A stretch of 64,000 nt of DNA from an uncultured Planctomycetaceae bacterium (GTDB lineage Bacteria > Planctomycetota > Planctomycetia > Isosphaerales > Isosphaeraceae): positions 1,568,001 through 1,632,000 of the forward strand of contig CAWIAD010000002.1 in the NCBI GenBank assembly GCA_963833985.1. Reading direction: 5' to 3'. Each line of letters opens with the position of its first letter. The stretch's first letter is position 1. The notes under the pieces are model-generated. The model did no database searches. It saw only the letters and a program-made list of their open reading frames with translations, and was not told where the DNA came from. Below are positions 23,386 to 33,360 of this stretch, piece by piece. The translations under genes and the position numbers were made by a program.

Positions 23386-25316
23386 GACGGCGCGTTGCAC
23401 TGATCAGCGAGCACGCCTCGCCCCTGGCCGTGCTTGGGGGTGTGGACAGCGGCGGGCAGAATGTCTATGTCGGCCAGGTGGCCACTCACCTGGCGGAGCT
23501 GGGCTATGAGGTGGACGTCTTCACGCGCCGCGACGACCGCCTGTTGCCGCGGTTCGTGGACTGGACCCCGGGAGTGCGCATCGTCCACGTGCCGGCGGGT
23601 CCTGCCGCGCCGGTTCGCAAGGAGGCGATGCTCGGCCTCATGGGCCCGTTCACCGACTTCCTCTGCCGCACTTTCCGCCGCCAGCCATACGACCTTTGCC
23701 ACGCGAACTTCTTCATGTCTGGTCTGGTGGCGGCCGAACTCAAGAAGCTGCTCGGAACGCCCTTTGTCGTCACCTTCCACGCCCTGGGCCGGGTGCGCCG
23801 GCTGCATCAGAAGGAAGCCGACGGCTTTCCCGCCGAGCGGCTGGCGATCGAGCAGCGGATCATCGCCGAGGCCGACCGGATCATCGCCGAATGTCCCCAG
23901 GACGAGGAAGACCTGATCCGCCACTATGACGCCGATCCCGAAAAGATCTCCATCGTGCCGTGCGGCTTCGACCCCGGCGAGTTCTGGCCGGTCGACCGGA
24001 CCGTCGCGCGCCAGGAGCTGGGCCTGGACCCGCGTGAGCCGATCATATTGCAGCTTGGCAGGATGGTGCCACGGAAGGGGGTCGAGACCGTGGTCCGTGG
24101 CCTGGCGCGGCTGCGCGGCAGCCATAACATCGAGGCGCGGCTGCTGGTGGTCGGCGGCGAATCCGACGACGCCGATCCGCGCATCACGCCGGAGATCGGC
24201 CGGCTGCAAGCCATCGCCACTGAGGAGGGAGTGGCCTCGCAGGTGACCTTCCTGGGCAGGCGCGGTCGCGATCAACTCAAGTATTACTACAGCGCGGCCG
24301 ACATCTTCGTCACCACTCCCTGGTACGAGCCGTTCGGCATCACTCCGGTGGAGGCGATGGCCTGCGGTACCCCGGTCGTGGGCTCGAACGTCGGTGGCAT
24401 CAAGTTCACGGTGCGCGATGGCGAGAGCGGCTATCTTGTACCGCCCAACGACCCCGAGTCCCTCGCCGAGCGGATCGCGCACCTGTACTTGAACCCCAAG
24501 CTTCTGGGAGTGCTCAGCCGGCAAGCCGTGCGACGTGCCAACGACCTGTTCACCTGGCAGCGCGTCACGGGGGCCGTGGCCGACCTCTACGAGGAAGTCC
24601 TTTCGGCGAGCCAGCCGTGCCGGAGCGACGAGGCGGGCGACCTGGCCGTCATCGACGACTCGTTCGACGACATGCTGGAGACGCTCCAGGAATCGCGCCG
24701 GCGCCTCAGGCCCTCGGTGCTTGCCGTGGCCGAGCTGCTCTGGTCGTCGCTGGCCCGCGATGGCAAGGTGCTGGTGTGCGGCCCGGGCAGAGACGAGATT
24801 GCAGCGCGGCAACTCGCCGCCGAGCTGATCGGCCTGCATCGCGTGATGGGCCGGTCCGGACTGCCTGCCATGGCACTAGACCGGGATGGCGCGGCGATCG
24901 GGCTGGAGCCGGAGTCCATGCCGGGCGGATCCATGCTCGCCAGACAAATCGAGGCGCTGGGACGGCCCGGTGACGTCCTGATCGGCCTGTGCAGCGACCC
25001 GGCACACTGCGTGGAGATCGTCCGGGCCACCCAGTCGGCACGGTCCTGCGGACTGGTCAGCGCGGCGATCCTGGGGGGCGGATGCGAACTCGCTGGCAAC
25101 CCGCCGGACGTGCTGGTTCCAGTCCCCTGTGATCACCCGCACCAGGTGCGCCCGATGCTGTTCATGATCATTCATCTGCTCTGCAAGCTGCTTGCCGAGC
25201 GGAGCAGCCGCCGGCGCCCGCCCGTCCACCGCGGTAGGTCCACCTCGCGCACGACCTGGGAGCTGCGCGTGGTGGGCAGCAGCCGGCGCGATGCTCCGCG
25301 GGTCGCGGCGCGCTAG
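23382..25316 (+). CDS. MshA-like GT4 glycosyltransferase fused to a degenerate SIS (GmhA-like) domain
   Basis: HASPL..LGGVDSGGQNVYV, YEPFGITPVEAMACG; C-terminal GKVLVCG..LAAEL, ARQIEALGRPGDVLIG. Confidence 0.88.
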   Translation: MRRRVALISEHASPLAVLGGVDSGGQNVYVGQVATHLAELGYEVDVFTRRDDRLLPRFVDWTPGVRIVHVPAGPAAPVRKEAMLGLMGPFTDFLCRTFRRQPYDLCHANFFMSGLVAAELKKLLGTPFVVTFHALGRVRRLHQKEADGFPAERLAIEQRIIAEADRIIAECPQDEEDLIRHYDADPEKISIVPCGFDPGEFWPVDRTVARQELGLDPREPIILQLGRMVPRKGVETVVRGLARLRGSHNIEARLLVVGGESDDADPRITPEIGRLQAIATEEGVASQVTFLGRRGRDQLKYYYSAADIFVTTPWYEPFGITPVEAMACGTPVVGSNVGGIKFTVRDGESGYLVPPNDPESLAERIAHLYLNPKLLGVLSRQAVRRANDLFTWQRVTGAVADLYEEVLSASQPCRSDEAGDLAVIDDSFDDMLETLQESRRRLRPSVLAVAELLWSSLARDGKVLVCGPGRDEIAARQLAAELIGLHRVMGRSGLPAMALDRDGAAIGLEPESMPGGSMLARQIEALGRPGDVLIGLCSDPAHCVEIVRATQSARSCGLVSAAILGGGCELAGNPPDVLVPVPCDHPHQVRPMLFMIIHLLCKLLAERSSRRRPPVHRGRSTSRTTWELRVVGSSRRDAPRVAAR

Positions 25317-25386
25317 CCAGGCAAGCATCGACCGGACGTCATCCAGGTTCCGGGTTCGTTTCGTCACCCGAGGGGAGAACGCTTCC

Positions 25387-26112
25387 GTGGAGAAACTGCA
25401 TGGCAAGGTCGCCCTGGTCACGGGGGGCGGGGGCGGCCTGGGGGCGGCCCTCTGCCAGACCCTGGCCTCGGCCGGGGCAAATGTGATCGCGGCCGATGTG
25501 AATCGCGAGCGCTGCGAGGCGGTCAGTGCCGGCGTGCGGGCTGCCGGCGGCCAGTGCATCGCGGCGCGACTCGACGTCACGGCGGAGCAAGACGTCGACC
25601 GGCTCATCGATCAGCTCGTCGCCGAGTACTGCACACTCGACATCCTGGTGAACAACGCCGGCGTGGACGTGACCGCACCGGCCGATGAGCTCTCCGTCGC
25701 ACAGTGGGACAGGATCCTGGGTGTCAATCTGCGGGGTCCATTCCTCATGTCGCGAAAAGCGATCGAGGTCATGCGCAAGCAAAAATCTGGCCACATCGTG
25801 AACATCGTCTCGACGGCGGCCAAGCGCGCCTGGGCCAACGCCTCGGCCTACCATGCCAGCAAGTGGGGCCTGCTGGGCTTGAGCCACGCCCTGCACGTCG
25901 AGGCCCGGCCCCACCAGGTGAAGGTGACCGCCGTCATCGCCGGCGGCATGCGCACGCCGTTCTTGACCGACCGATTCCCCGACCTCGACCCCGGAGTGCT
26001 ACAGGATCCGCGGAACGTCGCGGACACCGTCCGCTTCGTCCTGGAAATGCCGGCGGAGAGCGTCGTCCCCGAGATCATGGTCATTCCCATGCGCGAGACC
26101 TCGTGGCCCTGA
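25387..26112 (+). CDS. SDR family oxidoreductase
   Basis: VTGGGGGLG, NNAG, YHASK; GTG start after GGGGAG. Confidence 0.9.
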   Translation: MEKLHGKVALVTGGGGGLGAALCQTLASAGANVIAADVNRERCEAVSAGVRAAGGQCIAARLDVTAEQDVDRLIDQLVAEYCTLDILVNNAGVDVTAPADELSVAQWDRILGVNLRGPFLMSRKAIEVMRKQKSGHIVNIVSTAAKRAWANASAYHASKWGLLGLSHALHVEARPHQVKVTAVIAGGMRTPFLTDRFPDLDPGVLQDPRNVADTVRFVLEMPAESVVPEIMVIPMRETSWP

Positions 26113-26116
26113 GCCC

Positions 26117-26692
26117 ATGAACAACGCATGCATATTTCTGGATAAAGACGGGACGCTCGTGGAAGACGTTCCGTACAACGTGGACCCGGCTCGGATCTGC
26201 CTGTCGCCCGGGGCTGCGGAGGGGCTGTCCTTGCTGCGCACCGCCGGCTTCCGGCTGATCGTGGTTTCCAACCAGTCGGGCGTGGCGCTGGGCCGGTTCC
26301 CGGAATCCGCCCTTCAGGGAGTCAAGGCGCGGCTCGAGGAGCTGCTGGGAGCATCTGGCGTGGCTCTCGACGGATTCTACTACTGCCCGCATCATCCCGA
26401 GGCGTCTGTTCCGGGCTACCGCGCGGCCTGCGGCTGTCGCAAGCCGCACCCGGGCCTGATCACCCGCGCCGCAGCGGAGCACGCGATCGACCTAGAGAGA
26501 TCCTACTTCGTGGGCGACATCCTCGACGACGTCGAGGCAGGCCGGCGCTCCGGCTGCCGCACGGTGCTGATTGATAACGGCCATGAGACCGTGTGGCGGC
26601 GCTCGCCCCTGCGCTGGCCCGACCACGTTGCACCGGACCTGCACGCGGCCGCGCTGCGGATCCTGGCCGAGGCCGGGAGTCCCTTGCAATGA
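26117..26692 (+). CDS. gmhB: HAD-IIIA phosphatase, D,D-heptose-1,7-bisphosphate phosphatase-like
   Basis: FLDKDGTL, VSNQSG, YCPHHP...CGCRKP, VGD. Confidence 0.85.
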   Translation: MNNACIFLDKDGTLVEDVPYNVDPARICLSPGAAEGLSLLRTAGFRLIVVSNQSGVALGRFPESALQGVKARLEELLGASGVALDGFYYCPHHPEASVPGYRAACGCRKPHPGLITRAAAEHAIDLERSYFVGDILDDVEAGRRSGCRTVLIDNGHETVWRRSPLRWPDHVAPDLHAAALRILAEAGSPLQ

Positions 26693-27855
26693 GCACAGCA
26701 GCCGGCTGGAGCACGGCCGAGACGATCCTTGCCGTGCGGCTCGACGCGCTCGGCGATGTGCTCATGACCACCCCCGCGCTGCGGGCACTCAAGGAGGCAC
26801 GGCCCGGCCGGCGGCTCACCCTGCTGACCTCGCCGGCCGGCGCCGAGGCCGCGGCGCTGGTGCCGTTCGTGGATGCGGTGATTGCCTATGAGGCCCCCTG
26901 GATCAAGGCCACTCCGCCCCGGGCGAGCAGCCAGGCCGACCTTGCCCTGATCGAGCGCCTGGCGGCGGCGCACTTTGACGCGGCGGTCATCTTCACGGTC
27001 TATAGCCAGAACCCCTTGCCCGCGGCCATGGTCTGCATGCTGGCCGAGATCCCCTTGCGGCTGGCGCACTGCCGCGAGAACCCGTACCAGCTTCTCACCC
27101 ACTGGGTTCGCGACCCGGAACCCGAACAGCTCGTCCGCCACGAGGTGCGCCGGCAGCTCGACCTGGTTCGAAACGTCGGCTGCTCGGTGAGCGACGAGCG
27201 CATGGCCATCCAGGTGCCTGCGGGTGCCGTCAAGCGCGTCCGGTCGAGGCTACGGGAACTGGGACTCAACCTCCGCCGGCCCTGGGTGGTCATTCATCCC
27301 GGCGGCACGGCGCCGTCGCGGCGCTATCCGCCACAGCTCTTCGCCCAAGCGGCACGGCAGCTTGTCGTGCAAAGCGATGTGCAGCTTGTCTTCACGGGCA
27401 ATGGCAGCGAGCAGGCCCAGGTGGACGAGATCCGCGGCGCGATGGGCGCTCCCTCGATCTCGCTCGCCGGGGAGCTCGGGCTGGGCGAGCTGGCGGGGCT
27501 CCTCTCGCTGGCACCGTTGCTGCTTGCGAACAACACCGGGCCGGTGCACATCGCAGCCGCGGCAGGCACTCCTGTCGTCGACCTGTACGCCCTGACAAAC
27601 CCTCAGCACACGCCCTGGCAGGTGCCGCAGCGCGTGCTCAACCATGATGTCCCCTGCAAGTATTGCTACAAGAGCATCTGCCCCGAGGGGCATCACCACT
27701 GCCTGACCCTGGTTCCACCGGAGGCGGTCGCGGAGGCCGTCCTGTCACTTCTGAGCGAAATCGGCAGGCCGGCAGACGGCCGCGTGGTCGCTGCACCGAT
27801 CAAACCGTCGGGAATCGTCTCCGAGCCATCCACTATCCGAGCGAGGTCTCTGTAG
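26689..27855 (+). CDS. Glycosyltransferase family 9 (heptosyltransferase II-like)
   Basis: RLDALGDVLMTTP, HPGG..SRRY, NNTGPVHIAAA, C..C....CP.GHH.C. Confidence 0.9.
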   Translation: MSTAAGWSTAETILAVRLDALGDVLMTTPALRALKEARPGRRLTLLTSPAGAEAAALVPFVDAVIAYEAPWIKATPPRASSQADLALIERLAAAHFDAAVIFTVYSQNPLPAAMVCMLAEIPLRLAHCRENPYQLLTHWVRDPEPEQLVRHEVRRQLDLVRNVGCSVSDERMAIQVPAGAVKRVRSRLRELGLNLRRPWVVIHPGGTAPSRRYPPQLFAQAARQLVVQSDVQLVFTGNGSEQAQVDEIRGAMGAPSISLAGELGLGELAGLLSLAPLLLANNTGPVHIAAAAGTPVVDLYALTNPQHTPWQVPQRVLNHDVPCKYCYKSICPEGHHHCLTLVPPEAVAEAVLSLLSEIGRPADGRVVAAPIKPSGIVSEPSTIRARSL

Positions 27856-27857
27856 CC

Positions 27858-29575
27858 ATGCACACCCTGGGCATCAACGCGGTCTATCACGATTCGGCGG
27901 CCTGCCTGGTCCGTGACGGCATCGTGGTCGCGGCCGCCGAGGAAGAGCGGTTCACGCATCGCAAGCACGCCAAGCGGCCCGTCCCCTTCTCCACCTGGGA
28001 ACTCCCCTTCCACGCGATCGACTACTGCCTGAAGGAAGCCGGGATCCATCTCATCGACGTCGATCACGTGGCCTACTCCTATGATCCGAACTTGTTCACC
28101 GCCGGCTACCAGAACAACGCGACGATCACGCTGCCGCTGGAGCCCAGCGCTCACCCGGTTTCCGCAGAGTGGGAAGCCGCGTGGGACCCGCTGTTTCTCT
28201 CCTCGATCGTCAATGCGCCCGGCAGCTTGCGGACGGCGCGCCGCATCATTTGAGGGAGCGCTTTCGCGGCGCCCGGCCCGATGGCCCGTACCGCTGGAAC
28301 TACGTGGCGCACCACCTGGCGCACGCGGTCAGCGCGTTCCACGCCTCGCCCTTCGACCACGCAGCGATCCTCACGCTCGACGGCCGCGGTGAGCGGGCCA
28401 CCACGGGCTATGCCACCGGTGACGGCAACGCGCTCTCCTGGCTGGGCCAGGTCGACATGCCCCACTCGCTGGGCATCCTGTACGAACAGATCACCACTCA
28501 CCTGGGGTTTCTTCACTCGTCCGACGAGTACAAGGTGATGGCCCTGGCCTCCTACGGCAAGCCGGCATTCCTGGCGGCATTCCGCGAGATCGTTCAGGTT
28601 CGAGAAAACGGGCAGTACACGATTGGACCGCTGGCGCTCGAGGAGCGGTTCGGGCCGGCGAGGCAGCGCGGCGAACCGTTCGAGCAGCTCCACTTTGACA
28701 TCGCGCACTCGCTTCAGGTGGTTCTCGAGGAGACCGTGCTCGACCTGGCGCGGTGGCTGCATCAGGCCACGGGACGCCGCAATCTCTGCATGGCCGGCGG
28801 AGTGGCCCTGAACTGCGTGTTGAACGCGCGGCTTCGTGATCGCGGCCATTTTCGACGCATCTGGGTGCAGCCGGCGGCAGGCGACGCCGGGACCGCGCTG
28901 GGCGCTGCGCTCTGGATCGACGCCGCCCAGCGCGGTGGCGACCAGCGCCCTTACCGCATGGATCACGCGTTTCTGGGCCCGTCCTACAGCGACGACGAGA
29001 TCGAGGCGTTCCTGCGCTGGTCCAAGCTGCCGTACCGCCGGATGAGTAACGTGGCGGCCGAGACGGCCGCACTGCTGGCGCACGACCAGGTCATCGGCTG
29101 GTTCCAGGGACGCATGGAGTTCGGGCCCCGGGCCCTGGGGGCGCGGTCGATCCTCGCCTCGCCGATCCACGCCGAGATGCAGGCCAGGCTCAACGACATC
29201 AAGGACCGCGAGGACTTCCGGCCGGTCGCTCCGGTGGTTCTCGAGGAGGAGGCGGGGAACTGGTTCGTCGACGCGGGCGTCTCGCCGTTCATGCTGTTCG
29301 TACATGACGTCCGCCCGGAAAAGGCCGATCGGATTCCGGCGGTCCGGCATGTGGATGGCACGGCACGGATCCAGACCATCAACCGCGCTCAGAACCCGCG
29401 CTATTACGACCTGCTGCGTGCATTTCACGAGCGGACGGGCGTGCCCGTGCTGGTCAACACCTCATTCAACACACGCGGTGAGCCCATCGTGTGCACGCCG
29501 CGCGACGCTGTCGAATCGTTCTGGACATCGCCCCTGGACGCGCTGGCCATCGGCTCGTTCCTGGTGCAGAAGTGA
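27858..29575 (+). CDS. Carbamoyltransferase, NodU/CmcH/TobZ family (frameshift near 28222)
   Basis: HDSAACL..DG..AAEEERF, HHLAHA, DGRGE, AGGVALNC, GRMEFGPRALGARS, KDREDFRP, NTSFN. Confidence 0.93.
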
Positions 29576-29596
29576 TGCGGGCGGGGAGACCGGCTC

Positions 29597-30559
29597 ATGC
29601 GTGTCTCGATTGTGGTTCCCACGTTCCGGCGGCCCGAGTTGCTGGACCGCTGCGTGGCGGCACTCATCGCTGCGGATTTCGACGTGAACGACTACGAGAT
29701 CCTCATCGCCGACGACGCCGCCAGCACCGAGACCCGTGCCCAGGTGGAAGGGTGGAAGCACCCTGATGGTCCCCCGGTGCGATACATACCGGTGCGGGGC
29801 GCACACGGACCGGCCGCGGCCCGCAATGCCGGCTGGCGTGCCGCCCGTGGCGCCGTCATCGCGTTCACCGACGACGACTGCATCCCCGACTCAGGGTGGC
29901 TCAGGGCCGGGACCCGCGCCTTCGGCCCGGACGTCTGGGCCGTCACCGGCCGCGTGGTCGTACCGCTCCCGCCTTTCCCGACGGACTACCAGCGCGACGC
30001 GGCCGGACTGGAACGCGGGGAATTCGTCACGGCCAACTGCTTCGTGCAGCGTACCGCGCTGGAAGCGGTCGGCGGTTTCGACGAGCGTTTTGCCGCCGCC
30101 TGGCGCGAGGATAGCGATCTGCACTTCACCCTGCTGGCTCATGGCGGGCGCATCGTCCGGGCCGAGCACGCCGTCGTCGTGCACCCGGTCCGTCCGGCGC
30201 GGTGGGGCGTCAGCCTCACCCAGCAGCGCAAGAGCCTCTTCAACGCGCTGCTCTACAAGAAGCATCCGCGGCTGTACCGGCTGCGGATCAGGAGCGGGCC
30301 GCCCTGGGGTTACTACGCAAGCTGCACCGCGCTGGGGGTCGCCATTCTCTGTGCGGCGGCGCGCCTGCCGCTGGCGACGGGGGTTGCCCTGGCTGCCTGG
30401 CTTGTGCTCACGCTCCGCTTCTGCCTGCGCCGGCTCGCCGGCACAAGCCTTGCCGCTGGCCACGTCGCGGAGATGGCTGTGACCTCGGCCCTGATCCCTC
30501 CGCTCTCCGTCTTCTGGCGGCTCTACGGCGCGTGCCGGTTCCGTGTGCTTTTTCTCTAG
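29597..30559 (+). CDS. Glycosyltransferase family 2 with C-terminal TM helices
   Basis: SIVVPTFRR, GPAAARNAG, FTDDDC, REDSDL. Confidence 0.9.
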   Translation: MRVSIVVPTFRRPELLDRCVAALIAADFDVNDYEILIADDAASTETRAQVEGWKHPDGPPVRYIPVRGAHGPAAARNAGWRAARGAVIAFTDDDCIPDSGWLRAGTRAFGPDVWAVTGRVVVPLPPFPTDYQRDAAGLERGEFVTANCFVQRTALEAVGGFDERFAAAWREDSDLHFTLLAHGGRIVRAEHAVVVHPVRPARWGVSLTQQRKSLFNALLYKKHPRLYRLRIRSGPPWGYYASCTALGVAILCAAARLPLATGVALAAWLVLTLRFCLRRLAGTSLAAGHVAEMAVTSALIPPLSVFWRLYGACRFRVLFL

Positions 30560-32069
30560 TTCTACTGTATCCTGGGGTTGACGAACTGTAAGGTTTTTTC
30601 TGATATTCGCTTCCGTCAAGGATATTACAAGGAAGCGAGGGCGTCATGGATCGACGATACGAAGCACGGTTGGCTGACATGCTGGCACAATCGCAGGTGT
30701 CGCCTGACTTGGTCGATGGTCTGCTGGAACGGTTGGACGTCTTCATCGAGCCGTTCGCTGCGACCCTGAGTGAACCTGAACAACATCGACATGCAACCGA
30801 GTACGTTACCGGTCTGCTGTCGAAGCTTGAGCACAAGACCGGCGAGGGAATCGCTTATCTCCACGATCAAGAACGACAAGGAATCCAAAAGTTCATCGGG
30901 CACGTGCCATGGGATCATCAACCCCTGCTCACGATCCTGGCGCAGCAGGTCGGCGAGCAACTGGGCGAGAAGGATGGGGTGATTATCTTCGACCCTTCGG
31001 GCTTCCCCAAGAAAGGGACTATGTCGGTGGGCGTCGCGCGGCAGTGGTGCGGCCGGCTGGGGAAGGTTGAGAACTGTCAGGTTGGCGTCTACATGGCTTA
31101 TGCGTCTAGAAAAGAGCATACGATTACCAATGTAAGGCTTTACTTGCCCAAGGAATGGGCCAAGGATCGCGACCGCCGGAACAAGGCTGGCGTCCCCAAG
31201 TCCATCAAGTTCCAGACGCGCCATCAATTGGCCCTGGCGATGCTGGATGAGCAAGGTGGGTTGCTGCCACACGCGTGGGTGGCGGGGGACGATGAAATGG
31301 GCCGTCCCGCGAGTTTTCGCCAGGCGTTGAGGGAGCGGGGGGAGCAGTATCTGTTGGCGGTTCCGTCGAACACGACGATCCGCGATCTGGAGGCACCGCC
31401 ACCGGAATATGGGGGGCGGGGTCAACCCCCCAAGGCTCCTTTCATGCGTGTGGATCATTGGCGTGCGGCCCTGCCGGAATCGGCGTGGACGAGGCTCGAC
31501 GTCCGTGATGGCGAGAAGGGACCTTTGGTGGTCGACGCGATCAAGCGGCGCGTCCAATCTCGAGGACCGGGCAATCGTGCAGGTTTCGAGGAGGTCCTCT
31601 TCATCACGCGTGAGCAACAGGCCGATGGAACAGTTAAACATGATTATTATTTATCAAATAGTAAAGCCGAAACTCCGTTGATCGAATTTGGCCGGGTGGC
31701 CAAACTGGCGCATCGGATCGAGGAGTGCCTGGAGCGGGGCAAAGGGGAGGCGGGCCTGGCCGATTACCAGGTGCGGAACTGGATCGCCTGGCATCACCAT
31801 CAAACCATGTCGCTCGTGGCCGCGTGGTTCCTGAATCAGGAGACGCGGCGGGGAAAAAATACAGACACCGGCATTGACGTCACCGCGGTTGCGGCAACTG
31901 ATCGCAGGGATCATCGAGGAACGTCTCAACGTCAACAGCCCCGAGAAGCTCTCCCGGTGCACCACACGTTGGTTGGAACGCAACGAGCTCGCCCGATTCT
32001 TCCAGCATTACTCACGCAAACTCTTACCCCCTTTGAAGAACCAACTACGAACGTAGAGATACAGTAGAA
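30560..32069 (+). mobile_element. IS701-family insertion sequence
   Basis: Perfect 12-bp TIR TTCTACTGTATC (30560-30571) / GATACAGTAGAA (32058-32069), flanked by CTAG on both sides. Confidence 0.92.
30646..32067 (+). CDS. IS701-family DDE transposase
   Basis: IFDPSGFPKKG..SVGVARQWCGRLGKVENCQVGV, VAGD, RIEECLERGKGEAGLADYQVR.W..WHHH. Confidence 0.95.
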   Translation: MDRRYEARLADMLAQSQVSPDLVDGLLERLDVFIEPFAATLSEPEQHRHATEYVTGLLSKLEHKTGEGIAYLHDQERQGIQKFIGHVPWDHQPLLTILAQQVGEQLGEKDGVIIFDPSGFPKKGTMSVGVARQWCGRLGKVENCQVGVYMAYASRKEHTITNVRLYLPKEWAKDRDRRNKAGVPKSIKFQTRHQLALAMLDEQGGLLPHAWVAGDDEMGRPASFRQALRERGEQYLLAVPSNTTIRDLEAPPPEYGGRGQPPKAPFMRVDHWRAALPESAWTRLDVRDGEKGPLVVDAIKRRVQSRGPGNRAGFEEVLFITREQQADGTVKHDYYLSNSKAETPLIEFGRVAKLAHRIEECLERGKGEAGLADYQVRNWIAWHHHQTMSLVAAWFLNQETRRGKNTDTGIDVTAVAATDRRDHRGTSQRQQPREALPVHHTLVGTQRARPILPALLTQTLTPFEEPTTNVEIQ

Positions 32070-32074
32070 CTAGG

Positions 32075-33103
32075 ATGCTGCGGCAAGGAAAGGAATGCGT
32101 GATGGTTCCGCTACCCAGGTTCCTTCAGCTTGAACCGGTCGGCCAGTGCAACTTGCGGTGCCAGATGTGCCCCATCCAGTTCCGGCAAGACGGACCTCCG
32201 TTCGGTCCACCGGCGTTCATGGATTTCGATCTGTTCAAGCGGATCGTCGGCGAGTTTCCGGACCTGGAGGAGTTGCAGTTGCAGGGGCTAGGCGAGCCAA
32301 TGATGCACCCGCGCTTCTTCGAAATGGTGCGTTATGCCGCGAGCAAGGGGATTCGCGTCGGCACGAACTCGAACCTGACGCTCCTGAACGCCCGCCGCGC
32401 GGAGCTGTGCGTGACCAGCGGCCTTCACGAGCTGCACGCGTCGATCGATGGTGCCTCGGCCCGGGTCTACGAGGCAATCCGCGTGCGCGCCCACTTCGAC
32501 CGGATCATCGCCAACCTGGAACGTCTGGTCGCAATTCGCCGGCACCTAGGCAGCGAGACCCCGCACCTCCGGATGGTCGTTGTGGCCATGCGGCAGAACC
32601 TCGAAGAGCTGCCCGATCTGGTACGGCTGGCCCATCGCCTGGGCCTGGGCACGGTCTTCGTCCAGCACCTTTGTCACGACTTCCAGGAGTCGAGCCTGCC
32701 ACAGCACTACCGGCCGATGCGCGAGTTCGTCACGGAGCAGACCCTCACGTCCGAGGACCAGGGGCGTGTGGAACAGTTCTTCCAGGACGCCCGCGCCGTG
32801 GCGAGCGAGCTGGGTGTCGAGCTGCGCTTGCCCCACACCCGGCCCCGTCCGCACCCTCCCGGAACGCCGGGACCGAAGCGCTGCAACTGGCCCTGGCACG
32901 GCGCCTATGCCAGCTACCAGGGGCTCGCGATGCCCTGCTGCATGGTGGCCACGCCCGACCGTGTCCAGCTTGGAGACATGGCCAGCCATGCCGTGTCTGA
33001 TGTCTGGAACGGCCCCGCATACACCGCGTTCCGCGAACAGCTCTCCTCGGACGAGCCACCGGAAGTCTGCCGCTCGTGTGCCGTCTACGCGGGAACGTTC
33101 TAA
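32075..33103 (+). CDS. Radical SAM protein with SPASM/twitch domain (start may be 32102)
   Basis: CNLRCQMC, GLGEP, C-terminal CNWPW..PCC..CRSC. Confidence 0.92.
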   Translation: MLRQGKECVMVPLPRFLQLEPVGQCNLRCQMCPIQFRQDGPPFGPPAFMDFDLFKRIVGEFPDLEELQLQGLGEPMMHPRFFEMVRYAASKGIRVGTNSNLTLLNARRAELCVTSGLHELHASIDGASARVYEAIRVRAHFDRIIANLERLVAIRRHLGSETPHLRMVVVAMRQNLEELPDLVRLAHRLGLGTVFVQHLCHDFQESSLPQHYRPMREFVTEQTLTSEDQGRVEQFFQDARAVASELGVELRLPHTRPRPHPPGTPGPKRCNWPWHGAYASYQGLAMPCCMVATPDRVQLGDMASHAVSDVWNGPAYTAFREQLSSDEPPEVCRSCAVYAGTF

Positions 33104-33126
33104 ATAGCTCCCCGTAAGAGGGAAAG

Positions 33127-33180
33127 TGTGGAACGGCCGCCCTCGGCCGTCCTGAGCCAGCCGAGGGCGGCTGGCCCACA
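33127..33180. repeat. REP doublet (REPIN-like)
   Basis: TGTGG..CGGCCGCCCTCGGCCG paired in inverted orientation with CAGCCGAGGGCGGCTG..CCACA. Confidence 0.6.
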
Positions 33181-33360
33181 TTCCAGGAGGCGAGGATCTA
33201 TCAAGTGCTGGCGAGCCGTCCGGAACGGCGAACGCCCGGAGGGACGGCGGAGGCGCGAACCGGGGTGGATGAGGTTCCAGCTTGGGCCTTGCAAATCCCG
33301 GCCGCGTGCCGCACGCTTGGGACAGGATGAGAGCCCGTGTGGCCCGCGGAGGTGAGACTC

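Noticed and set aside
23139..24839. 566-aa minus-strand ORF and similar antisense ORFs (1520-3112, 28151-29428, 53833-55173)
   Set aside because: No motifs; opposite to confident genes
32075..33103. Radical SAM/SPASM as a RiPP maturase
   Set aside because: No precursor peptide, RRE/PqqD domain, protease or transporter nearby; context is sugar modification
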